Source: Pseudomonadota bacterium (GTDB taxonomy: Bacteria; Bdellovibrionota; Bdellovibrionia; Bdellovibrionales; Bdellovibrionaceae). Taken from it: a DNA stretch of 64,000 nucleotides. Position 1 is the first letter of the stretch; each line of letters opens with the position of its first letter. The stretch lies in the NCBI GenBank assembly GCA_041178425.1, contig JBEGVH010000031.1:1-64000 (forward strand), given 5' to 3'. The position numbers were made by a program, and so were the translations under genes. The notes below the pieces were generated by a model that was given only the letters and a program-made list of their open reading frames with translations, was not told the DNA's origin and did not search any database. Positions 18,895 to 28,106 of the stretch are shown piece after piece.

Positions 18895-21405
18895 TTACTT
18901 TACCTTGAACTTCACCTGAGAGCTTGTCATCACTAGGTTGCCTTGTTCGTCCAAGGCAGCCACTCTGATATAATAGGTTTTTCGACCCTCCAGTTTTTGA
19001 GGCGCTTGATTGGCTGTATTAACCGGATTCCAACCGCCATCGCCGTAGGGAAGATCTCGAGCGCCCGACTCCACCCGCCGATTCCAAAACCATGAAAAGT
19101 TAGCATCCTCTGAAATATCAACTATAAATCCACCCACCGAACCAGAGGCTTTCCATCCGAATTTTGGAAGGTATTTTACACGAACTGCATTATTGCCAGG
19201 TTTAGTAATTTCCACTTTCACAGCCAACTTTTCAGGTGACGATTGAACATCGAAGGAAACTGGTGCACTTTCATTGAGAGGCGTCCATTTGCCATCAAAG
19301 GTTCGAATCCGCACAAAGTAGGTTTTTCCACTCGCGAGCTTTTCAGGGGCATCGGTTTTTGTGTTTTTCTTTTCCCAACCGTCGTTTGAATAATCGAGTG
19401 ATCGGGCAAGGCCAATAACATTCTGACTCCACGACCATGAAAACTGTGGGTCTTCCGACAGGTCGACGATGAAGTATGATACTTCATCCCCTGCTGACCA
19501 ACTAAATGTGGGCTGACGGTCAGTAGGTTCCCCGGCGATGGGATAAGTAATTTTAGGAGCGCTGCCAGAAATGTTGATGATGGCAGAGGATTTTGTTGTT
19601 AGTGGCTGGTAAAGCCACGCCTTCGCTGACTTGCCTGAACGCAGCGATTGCCATTCCTCTGGCTTCAATGGAATCCGAAGGCAAAACAAAGGGTGATCGG
19701 TGGCGGCATCACGCTCATTCGAAACGTAGTGGACTGCTTTTAACGTAGCATCTGGTACTTCTGGATAGTAAGTAGTAGCTCCATTGGCCTCGCTCCACTG
19801 TACCTTTGCTTGAGTCTTTCGAGCAAAGGATGTTCCACAAAAGTGGACTCCTTGCTTTTCGGCAGGTCCTGAATCAACCAAATGGTACTTCAATAAATTC
19901 GGTACGACCAAGGGATCTTCCCCCTGCATCGAATCGGCAATAACGAGGGGACTAGAGTCCTCCTTTAGATGACGAAAGCGAAAGCTCCACGCATGAATAT
20001 CAATATTTTCGTTGGGGCTTGAGCTATTGCTCTGAGCCACAGTTCTGGGTAATGAAACCTGAAGTAACGTCTGATCAGAGAAGGGTGAAATTTCTCCTTT
20101 TTCATTTCCTACAATCCTGAAAGAAACCACTCCCGACAATAACGAATAGTTATTGGGCTCAACTCGCGCCGGAAAATCTGCAAGATAGAACTTATTGGTC
20201 CATTTTTGTAAATCCGATGAGCCAAAACTAACTACCCAACGAACTTGTTTTTTTAACTTCAATCCTTCATCAAGCTCGCGACTGAAAACGGCAAAGTATC
20301 CATCGTAGGGCGATCCTTTGTCTTTAACGATCTTTAAATCACCCGCAGGAACTTCAGCGGGAACCGACAGTCGCGAAAAGCCCACAGCATCTTGAGAGCT
20401 AAAATAAACCGCCCGTGAACATCGTGAGGATGCCGATGGGGACCACTTTCCCTCTTTTGTTTTTTCGTAAAGACAATTTTCTGGATTAGCAAAACCATCT
20501 ACGGCAGTCAGATAAATTTTGTCATTTTTAACCACGGCCGAAGGGGCCCCCACACCCCAAAAAATATTACCCATCGTCTCAGGCCCCCAATTATCCCGGG
20601 CCATCTTCTGTCCATCACGAATTCTCTCCGCATAGAGACTCGTATTATCAACCGACAGCGACTGAATCACTGGTTTCCAGGGTGATCGAATATTTCTGCT
20701 GGATTGCCACCCTTCCGTCGTCAGAATCTCAGCGGGACCGCCTAGTTTTGAACTTCGAGCCACATGTATAGCAACAAGATGGCCCCCAGCTTCCGATTCG
20801 GAAAATGATTCAAAGAAAGTATAGTAGGTGCCCTTAAATAAAACTGTCGAGCTAGCACAAGGCGCCTGAATAGCTTTCACTGTTTCGAAGTTTTGATTTG
20901 GTTTTGTTTCAAGTGCTGGGCTAATGAAAGTTCTAGAGATTCCCAGAGTCGCCAACGTCTTTGGGTCGAAACTTTCATAGCGAATCACGTCAGAACCATA
21001 AAAGGAATTTTTCTCAGCAATTCCAATTTCTAAACCTTCTCCGGGACTAAAGGGCTTCATAGAGCTACAATAAAATGTATGAAGCTGACGCCCTTCCACA
21101 AATGAAGATGGCCAACTAGCATAGTAGGAACCGCGCCGGTGAGCTTCAACGAATGGCCCCCTCGCTGTGATTTCAATTCCCTGATCCACTGGCCCAAATT
21201 TTTTTGCCGCAGCAACTTGAGTCTCCATCGGAAAACCAATTTTACTCAGGAGTGTCGATGGCGAGCTTGGCGAATTGGGATTTGAATAACTCCCTCCCAA
21301 ATCAGCTCCTGACTGCTGACAATTTTGAAATAAAACAATATTGACCAACGATACCAAGGAAAAAAAGAAAAGCATTTTCGCTCTTCGAGAAATTTGCAAT
21401 CGCAC
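18895..21405 (-). CDS. Large lipoprotein (FQNC lipobox): possible beta-propeller N-terminal region and two C-terminal Ig/Fn3-like repeats
   Basis: Signal peptide ending VLFQNC, SD AGGAAGGAG before GTG, two similar ~105-aa C-terminal repeats. Confidence 0.75.
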   Translation of the reverse strand: MRLQISRRAKMLFFFSLVSLVNIVLFQNCQQSGADLGGSYSNPNSPSSPSTLLSKIGFPMETQVAAAKKFGPVDQGIEITARGPFVEAHRRGSYYASWPSSFVEGRQLHTFYCSSMKPFSPGEGLEIGIAEKNSFYGSDVIRYESFDPKTLATLGISRTFISPALETKPNQNFETVKAIQAPCASSTVLFKGTYYTFFESFSESEAGGHLVAIHVARSSKLGGPAEILTTEGWQSSRNIRSPWKPVIQSLSVDNTSLYAERIRDGQKMARDNWGPETMGNIFWGVGAPSAVVKNDKIYLTAVDGFANPENCLYEKTKEGKWSPSASSRCSRAVYFSSQDAVGFSRLSVPAEVPAGDLKIVKDKGSPYDGYFAVFSRELDEGLKLKKQVRWVVSFGSSDLQKWTNKFYLADFPARVEPNNYSLLSGVVSFRIVGNEKGEISPFSDQTLLQVSLPRTVAQSNSSSPNENIDIHAWSFRFRHLKEDSSPLVIADSMQGEDPLVVPNLLKYHLVDSGPAEKQGVHFCGTSFARKTQAKVQWSEANGATTYYPEVPDATLKAVHYVSNERDAATDHPLFCLRIPLKPEEWQSLRSGKSAKAWLYQPLTTKSSAIINISGSAPKITYPIAGEPTDRQPTFSWSAGDEVSYFIVDLSEDPQFSWSWSQNVIGLARSLDYSNDGWEKKNTKTDAPEKLASGKTYFVRIRTFDGKWTPLNESAPVSFDVQSSPEKLAVKVEITKPGNNAVRVKYLPKFGWKASGSVGGFIVDISEDANFSWFWNRRVESGARDLPYGDGGWNPVNTANQAPQKLEGRKTYYIRVAALDEQGNLVMTSSQVKFKVK
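18898..19560 (-). repeat. Two tandem ~105-aa protein-domain repeats in the 836-aa lipoprotein
   Basis: FSWS..YFIVDLSEDPQFSWSW..APEKLASGKTYFVRI versus FGWK..FIVDISEDANFSWFW..APQKLEGRKTYYIRV. Confidence 0.85.
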
Positions 21406-21686
21406 TGAGGACTCCTTCCTAGTGTTCGGGTCGTTCTGACCCCCAGCAAAAGCTCAGATCCAAAATAGATCTCATCTCTTTTAGACTATTCTGTTGTGAT
21501 ACTCCCAGACAACAGTTCTTCACCTTAGACTCTACTTCTGAACGGGTAGAGCTAGGCCGCAAATGACACTCACTATATCATTCGTCGGGCAGGATAAATC
21601 TTTGGACTGGCCGAGCCTCTCGGCCTCAAGACATTTGTCTCAAGGCTTTTGTCACAAGCACGTCTCGACGACTAATGCCCCCATTT

Positions 21687-22433
21687 TTAGATAAAACATA
21701 ATGGAAGCTCTTTCTTAAGCGAGAATCCATTTTTATCTATCGCAAAGCTAAGGACCGTTATTTTTAATCCTCTCTCTGAGGCTTGCTTGAGTAGTCGAGA
21801 ATATTCAGGATCAATAGTCTTAGCGGGTTCAAAAATCTCCACATCCGTTCGCTGAACAATAAACAACATTTCCGCAGTGAACCCCATCTCTATGAGCTCA
21901 CATAGTTCTTGTATATGTTTTTGACCGCGCTCGGTCACTGCATCTGGAAACTGAGCGGCAGATCCCGCTTTAAGGGTTACATTTTTGATCTCAACAAGAT
22001 GAGCCAGCTGCCCTTTAGAAAAGTCAGCAGCCTTCCATTTTTTTATGGCTATTTTGCTAGAATCCCACAAAAGAAGATCTATACGACTATGTTCGTTGAT
22101 TTTAACCTCAGCTTTGTAGGAATCATAGGCAAACCAATGGGAGACTCGTCGCTGTTTGAAAACTTCTACAGCTAATTTATTCGGCCAGCCCGTATTAACC
22201 CCAACCCAAGCGCCCTCAGACTTCACCGCCTCAAGGGTGAATTTTAAAGTCCTTTTGGGATCGTTCGAACGCGAAAGAAGACAGGGGCTGCCGGGTTCGT
22301 TACAACTTTTCATACTCCCTGTATTAGGTACATGGGCAACGACCACTTCACCGTTGAGTTCCACATCGGCAAAAAAGCGCTTATAGCGTTTTAAAAGCTT
22401 TCCCTCTACCAGAGGGCTGGCAAAATCCAACAC
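21687..22433 (-). CDS. sfsA: SfsA DNA/RNA nuclease family protein
   Basis: KRYKRFFAD, HVPNTGSM, SRID, VEIKNVT, FPDAVTERGQKH. Confidence 0.96.
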   Translation of the reverse strand: MLDFASPLVEGKLLKRYKRFFADVELNGEVVVAHVPNTGSMKSCNEPGSPCLLSRSNDPKRTLKFTLEAVKSEGAWVGVNTGWPNKLAVEVFKQRRVSHWFAYDSYKAEVKINEHSRIDLLLWDSSKIAIKKWKAADFSKGQLAHLVEIKNVTLKAGSAAQFPDAVTERGQKHIQELCELIEMGFTAEMLFIVQRTDVEIFEPAKTIDPEYSRLLKQASERGLKITVLSFAIDKNGFSLKKELPLCFI

Positions 22434-22604
22434 AAATTCTCCTTGGTGCTCAAAAGTCCACTGTGTAATGCAAATTCTCGAAAAAGGCTTGCTGATTCAT
22501 TGTAAAACCCCACTAACGCAGATCGCAATTTTTTCAATTCCCTTCAAAATCCAAAGGGTCACAAGTAAGGTAACTCGATTTCAAGACTTCGAGGAGAATT
22601 GATC

Positions 22605-23531
22605 GTGGAAGAAAGTGTAAAACCGCGAATAGCAAAGCCAAATTGGCTAAAAGTTCGGGCGCCTTCCGGAGGCGATTATCATAAAATTAAAGACATGCTT
22701 TCAGCCTTGGGCTTAGCGACGGTTTGCCAAGAAGCGCGTTGTCCAAACATTGGCGAATGCTGGGGTGGCGGAACAGCCACTTTCATGCTGATGGGTGAAG
22801 TCTGTACTCGTGGCTGTAAGTTCTGTGCCGTTAAAACGGGAAACCCCCGCGGCAAGATTGATGAACTCGAGCCAGAAAAAGTGGGCTACTCTATTTCTCA
22901 AATGGATCTAGAATATGTTGTGCTAACCAGTGTTGATCGCGACGATCTTCCTGACCAAGGGGCAAGCCACTTTGCCAGAACTATTCAAACCATTAAAAAG
23001 TTTTCGCCTCGGCTCATCGTAGAGGTTTTAACTCCCGATTTTCGTGGTGAACAGCAACTTGTCGACGTGATCACGAATGCTAAACCAGATGTATTTGCTC
23101 ATAATGTCGAAACTGTTGAGCGCCTTCAAAAAAAGGTGCGCGACCCACGAGCAGGGTATGCACAATCAATGAATGTATTAAAGTTCGTCAAAGAGCTTGA
23201 TCCGACTCGGTACACAAAAACGTCTTTAATGCTAGGACTAGGCGAGACCGAAGAGGAAGTGCTTCAAACACTGAAAGATTTAAGAAGTATTGACTGTGAT
23301 GTCGTTACTTTTGGACAATATCTTCAGCCAACAGAACGCCACTTAAAAGTGGAAAAATATATTACCCCCGAGGAATTCCAAAAGTGGCAAAAAGTAGCCG
23401 AGGCAATGGGATTTCTCTATGTGGCGTCGGGCCCTCTTGTACGCAGTTCTTATCGTGCAGGGGAGTTTTTCATGAAGGGTGTTATTGAAAAAAATCGTTT
23501 AAAAGAACAGGAGCAAGAAAATGGCAATTGA
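22605..23531 (+). CDS. lipA: Lipoyl synthase
   Basis: CQEARCPNIGEC, CTRGCKFC, VRSSY; GAGGAG SD favours GTG 22605. Confidence 0.98.
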   Translation: MEESVKPRIAKPNWLKVRAPSGGDYHKIKDMLSALGLATVCQEARCPNIGECWGGGTATFMLMGEVCTRGCKFCAVKTGNPRGKIDELEPEKVGYSISQMDLEYVVLTSVDRDDLPDQGASHFARTIQTIKKFSPRLIVEVLTPDFRGEQQLVDVITNAKPDVFAHNVETVERLQKKVRDPRAGYAQSMNVLKFVKELDPTRYTKTSLMLGLGETEEEVLQTLKDLRSIDCDVVTFGQYLQPTERHLKVEKYITPEEFQKWQKVAEAMGFLYVASGPLVRSSYRAGEFFMKGVIEKNRLKEQEQENGN

Positions 23532-24807
23532 AATTAAACTTCCAGAACTTGGCGAAGGCGTTACCGAAGGCGAATTAGTAAAGTGGCTCGTAAAAGTAGG
23601 TGATACAGTTAAGGTCGATCAGCCAATTGCTGAGTTTATGACCGATAAGGCAACGGTCGAAGTCCCCACCCCAACGGCAGGCGTTGTAAAAGCTCTTAAG
23701 GCCAAAGAGGGTGATGTAATTAAAGTTGAACAAACTCTCATTGAACTCGAGGCCGGTGCCGGCGCGACTGCCGCAGCCCCTGCTCCTGCGAAAACCCACG
23801 AAGCAAAACCCTCGCCAGCACCAGTTGCTGCGCCCGTGACCGCAGCGGCTGCAGCGCCTGCGATGGCAAGTGCCGAAGCTTACTTTCCGCCTGTGGCTGA
23901 CTCAAAAGTATTGGCAACTCCAGCCACGCGCCGCCTCGCTCGCGAAATGAACGTTGATATTAATGCTCTCAAAGGAACAGGCCTCGCAGGACGTGTCACT
24001 CGCGAAGATGTTGTTCAACAACAGGGTGGCATGACTGTGGTTGCCCCAAGTAAGGCCCCTGGAATGTCAATTCCTCGCCCTTCTTACCAAGGCCCTGCTG
24101 GCGCCCTCGAAGAGCGCGTTGCACTTCGTGGAATCCGTAAGAAAATTGCTGAGAACATGCAGATGGCCAAAGCAATCATTCCTCACTTCACTCTCATGGA
24201 TGAAGCCAATGTTTCTGGATTAGTACAACTCCGTGATAGCCTTAAATCTTTGGCAGAAAAAGAAGGAACAAAAATCACTTATCTTCCATTCGTGATGAAG
24301 GCCCTTATTGCAACCATTCGTCAATTCCCACAGTTTAACTCTTCTATTGACGATGCTGCCCAAGAAATCGTTTACAAAAAATATTTCAATATTGGATTTG
24401 CTGCCGACACTCCAAATGGCCTCGTGGTTCCTGTGATTAAAAATGCTGATCAGAAAACAATTCTTGAGCTCAGCAAAGAAATTCTTGATCTTTCAAAGCG
24501 TGCTCGTGATGGAAAATTGAAGCCCGAAGAAATGAAAGGCGCAACAATAACTGTCACAAACATTGGATCCGTTGGCGGCACTTATGCAACTCCGATTATC
24601 AATCACCCCGAAGTTGCCATTCTTGGCATGTACAAAATCCAAGACAAGGTCATCGTTGAAAATGGCGAGTTCAAAGTTGTAAAAGCGATGAACTACACAA
24701 TCACCGCTGATCACCGACTCATTGATGGAGCTGTTGCTGCAAACTTCCTCAAGGCTTTCTTTCACAGAATTGAACAACCCGGCGTACTCATGGCCGATAT
24801 GATGTAA
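23521..24807 (+). CDS. 2-oxoacid dehydrogenase E2 (dihydrolipoamide acyltransferase, PdhC/BkdB type)
   Basis: Lipoyl domain TDKA, E3-binding ATPATRRLARE, catalytic DHRLIDG. Confidence 0.95.
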   Translation: MAIEIKLPELGEGVTEGELVKWLVKVGDTVKVDQPIAEFMTDKATVEVPTPTAGVVKALKAKEGDVIKVEQTLIELEAGAGATAAAPAPAKTHEAKPSPAPVAAPVTAAAAAPAMASAEAYFPPVADSKVLATPATRRLAREMNVDINALKGTGLAGRVTREDVVQQQGGMTVVAPSKAPGMSIPRPSYQGPAGALEERVALRGIRKKIAENMQMAKAIIPHFTLMDEANVSGLVQLRDSLKSLAEKEGTKITYLPFVMKALIATIRQFPQFNSSIDDAAQEIVYKKYFNIGFAADTPNGLVVPVIKNADQKTILELSKEILDLSKRARDGKLKPEEMKGATITVTNIGSVGGTYATPIINHPEVAILGMYKIQDKVIVENGEFKVVKAMNYTITADHRLIDGAVAANFLKAFFHRIEQPGVLMADMM

Positions 24808-24835
24808 GAAATCGGCGAAGGAAAGGATTTTATTT

Positions 24836-26287
24836 ATGTCTACAAATAATTTTGATGTTGTTGTTATTGGTTCGGGACCTGGCGGATATGTGGCTGCGAT
24901 TCGAGCCGGTCAACTTGGCTTTAAGACAGCCATCATTGAAAAAGAATCACTCGGTGGTGTGTGCCTTAACGTCGGATGCATTCCTTCCAAGGCAATGATC
25001 TCAGCTAGCCACTTTCTGCACAGAGCCCAGCATGATGCCCCAGAAATGGGTTTTGAAATCCCAGGACCGATTAAAGTTAACATGAAGAAACTGTTGGCTT
25101 GGAAAGAGTCCGTTGTGACCAAAATGTCTGGTGGCGTAGGCCAACTTTTAAAGGGCAATGGCGTCACCATCATCAAGGGTGAAGCTACATTTAAGACGGC
25201 AAAGGAATTGACCGTTAAGTCCTCAGAAGGAACTCAAACGGTAACGGCACAAAAATTTATTTTGGCTACCGGATCGCGTCCTATTGAGATCCCCGGATTT
25301 CCGTTCGACGAGAAAACCATCATGTCATCAACTGGAGCCCTTGCCCTCGATGCCATCCCTAAAAAACTCGTTGTTATTGGTGGTGGATACATTGGCCTCG
25401 AAATTAGTAGCTACCTTGCCAAACTTGGAACTGAGGTTACTGTTGTTGAAGCTCAATCTTCTCTGTTGGCCGGTGTTGTCGATGCAGAATGTGCACAAGT
25501 TGTGGCTCGACGATTGAAGAAAAATGGCATCAATGTGCTATTAAATGCAAAAGCCAAGGGTCAAAAGAAAACAAACTCTGGATTCGACGTTACCATTGAA
25601 GTTCAAGGAAAAGAACAAGTTATCGCTTGTGAAAAAATACTTGTAACCGTTGGTCGTCGTCCTAATTCCGACCAAGCTAATCTCAAGGGAATCGGGTTGG
25701 CTATTGATGAGCGCGGCTTCGTAAAAACGAATCCTCAGAGACAAACCAACCTTCCGCATATTTACGCGATCGGTGATATTGTTGGTCAACCTATGTTGGC
25801 CCATAAAGCGTCACATGAAGGCGTGATGGTTGCAGAAATCTTAAAAGGTGCCAACCGGGTCTTTGATGTAAAAGTAATCCCTGCGGTTGTCTTTACTGAT
25901 CCTGAAATTGCTTCAGCGGGCATGACCGAAGAAGAAGCAAAGGCAAAAGGTCACAAAAACCTTCTTGTTTCAAAGTTTCCATTTGGAGCGAACGGTCGCG
26001 CAGTCTCAATGATGGAAACCGATGGCTTCGTAAAAATGATTGCCGATGCCGATACACACATAGTTTTGGGCGTTCATATTGTTGGACCAGAAGCTAGCAA
26101 CCTTATTTCTGAAGCTGCGCTGGCTATTGAGATGGCCGCTCGCTTAGAAGATATTGCATTAACAATCCATCCTCATCCAACTCTTGGTGAAACAATGATG
26201 GAAGCAGCAGAGGCAACTCTTGGACATGCGATTCACATAATTCAAAAACCTCTTTCTAAAGATAAATCGAACGGAGCTCATCCCTAA
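24836..26287 (+). CDS. lpdA: Dihydrolipoyl dehydrogenase E3
   Basis: GSGPGGY, GGVCLNVGCIPSK, HPHPTLGE. Confidence 0.98.
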   Translation: MSTNNFDVVVIGSGPGGYVAAIRAGQLGFKTAIIEKESLGGVCLNVGCIPSKAMISASHFLHRAQHDAPEMGFEIPGPIKVNMKKLLAWKESVVTKMSGGVGQLLKGNGVTIIKGEATFKTAKELTVKSSEGTQTVTAQKFILATGSRPIEIPGFPFDEKTIMSSTGALALDAIPKKLVVIGGGYIGLEISSYLAKLGTEVTVVEAQSSLLAGVVDAECAQVVARRLKKNGINVLLNAKAKGQKKTNSGFDVTIEVQGKEQVIACEKILVTVGRRPNSDQANLKGIGLAIDERGFVKTNPQRQTNLPHIYAIGDIVGQPMLAHKASHEGVMVAEILKGANRVFDVKVIPAVVFTDPEIASAGMTEEEAKAKGHKNLLVSKFPFGANGRAVSMMETDGFVKMIADADTHIVLGVHIVGPEASNLISEAALAIEMAARLEDIALTIHPHPTLGETMMEAAEATLGHAIHIIQKPLSKDKSNGAHP

Positions 26288-26941
26288 ATGAATCTATGCT
26301 TCGAAAATTGGGGTCTCATTGATTACAATGAGGCCCTTATCAAGCAAGAGCAATACGTAGAGGACATCCACGCTGGGCATCGACCATCAACGGTTTGCCT
26401 CTGCTCGCACCCACCCACCGTCACCAAAGGACGAGCCACCCAGAGTGGTGATATAACGACATGGTCCGGTCCTGTCGTCGAAATTAATCGTGGCGGTCGG
26501 GCAACCTATCATGGCCCCAGTCAGATTGTAATATACCCCATTATCGATCTTAAATCTGAATCACTCCAACGACGCTCGCAGGATGTTGGATCTCTGTTGA
26601 GGCAATTTGAACTGGCTTTGGTGGATACTTTGAATGATTTGGGCATTAAGGCTCAAGGGAAGACCTATCAACCAAAACATTCAAATGAGCCGGCAAAGGA
26701 AGAGACTGGTGTCTGGGTTGGCGATAAAAAAGTAGCATCGTTGGGTCTATCTATTCGGCATTGGATTAGCTTTCATGGAGCTGCCCTTAATGTTGAATTT
26801 GATTCTGAGGCCTTTCGAGGACTATTTCCCTGTGGCTTTGAATCTTCGGTAATGATTTCAGTTGAGGAACTTTTGGGGGCTCGCCCAGATCGCACTTTTA
26901 TTATTGATCGTTTAAAGATCAGGCTGCAAGAGCGACTTTAG
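26288..26941 (+). CDS. lipB: Octanoyltransferase LipB
   Basis: H.P..T.G, RGGRATYHGP.Q, KVASLG, HG.ALN, PCG. Confidence 0.95.
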   Translation: MNLCFENWGLIDYNEALIKQEQYVEDIHAGHRPSTVCLCSHPPTVTKGRATQSGDITTWSGPVVEINRGGRATYHGPSQIVIYPIIDLKSESLQRRSQDVGSLLRQFELALVDTLNDLGIKAQGKTYQPKHSNEPAKEETGVWVGDKKVASLGLSIRHWISFHGAALNVEFDSEAFRGLFPCGFESSVMISVEELLGARPDRTFIIDRLKIRLQERL

Positions 26942-26942
26942 G

Positions 26943-27350
26943 CTACTCTTTTTTCTCAATGGAGATCGCAAATTTCTTTACCCCGCCTTGCTTGATGGTA
27001 TCCATCACAGTAACAACCTTGCCGTGTGGAACATCCTTATCCGCAGAAATAATAGCCTGAACATCAGGATTCTTAATCACTTCGGCTTGGGCTGCCGCCA
27101 AAAGAGCCGGAATTTCTACTGGCTGTCGATTAAGATAGATGAGTCCATCCCCCGAAAGGGTGACGGTAAGTTGCGTTGTCTGACTCGCTTCACCACTTGA
27201 TGCCTTTGGTAAATTCACCGTGATACTTGGCTTCATAATCATCGGTGCGGTCACCATAAAAATAATGAGCACAACCAAAATGATGTCGACTAATGGAACA
27301 ACATTAATATCCGAAATGGCCTCTTGTTCACTCGTGTATTTAGAAGGCAC
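26943..27350 (-). CDS. ExbD/TolR family protein
   Basis: INVVPLVDIILVVLIIFMVTAP, ADKDV..G.VV.VMD. Confidence 0.93.
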   Translation of the reverse strand: MPSKYTSEQEAISDINVVPLVDIILVVLIIFMVTAPMIMKPSITVNLPKASSGEASQTTQLTVTLSGDGLIYLNRQPVEIPALLAAAQAEVIKNPDVQAIISADKDVPHGKVVTVMDTIKQGGVKKFAISIEKKE

Positions 27351-27379
27351 ACAAAACTCCTTTTACCCAGTTTAACAAA

Positions 27380-28009
27380 TCAAAGACCTTTTTTCTTGGC
27401 CATTGAGAGGCAGAGTTCTTTAATAAGATCCAGGTTAAGCAGTATCCCCTTAGTTTGTTTTGAAAAATAATTGTAGGCAAGCACGGCAGGAATGGCCACA
27501 AAGAGGCCAGCCGCCGTCGCCACCAGAGCGGACGATATTCCCGCCATCACTGTTTGTTGTCCGGCATCGGAGCTCATGGATAAATCATGAAAGGCTTTCA
27601 TAATTCCCATAACAGTTCCCAAAAGACCAATATAGGGGGCATTTGAGCCGAGAGTCGCCATGAAATTGAGAGATCGCTCAAGTTCTGGTTTCTCAATAAT
27701 GACTAAAGAATTAAACAATTCTTCTAATCCCTTTGTTCCCGATTCTTTAACGTGCTTCATTCCATAGCTCATCGCACGCCCTTCTATGCTGCTGAGATCC
27801 TTCGCTAATTCCTCAACAACTTCGTAATTTTGACTCGCGAGTGCCACTTTAACTTTTTCGCGAATTTGTCGGCTGGTTCTAGCGTGTGATTGAAGAGCAA
27901 AAAATCTTTCAAGAATGAGTCCGAGGCTCACGATGCTTAGAAAAACCAATAACCAAAGAATAAACTGATCTCCCGCTTGGGCAATTCCAAGAAATCTTTC
28001 CGTTAGCAT
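27380..28009 (-). CDS. MotA/TolQ/ExbB proton-channel protein
   Basis: APYIGLLGTVMGI, GISSALVATAAGLFVAIPA; AAGGAGG SD favours ATG 28009. Confidence 0.93.
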   Translation of the reverse strand: MLTERFLGIAQAGDQFILWLLVFLSIVSLGLILERFFALQSHARTSRQIREKVKVALASQNYEVVEELAKDLSSIEGRAMSYGMKHVKESGTKGLEELFNSLVIIEKPELERSLNFMATLGSNAPYIGLLGTVMGIMKAFHDLSMSSDAGQQTVMAGISSALVATAAGLFVAIPAVLAYNYFSKQTKGILLNLDLIKELCLSMAKKKGL

Positions 28010-28106
28010 ATCGCCTCCTTTATCTTGAAACATAAAGCAAATCATCAACAGTCATTAATAGAATTATTTCTGGCCCTCTCCACCAGGTCAAGATATCATC
28101 CTGGTC

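Noticed and set aside
26285..26290. lpdA TAA directly followed in frame by lipB ATG (possible read-through fusion)
   Set aside because: lipB has its own ATG and an upstream GGAG; translational coupling explains it
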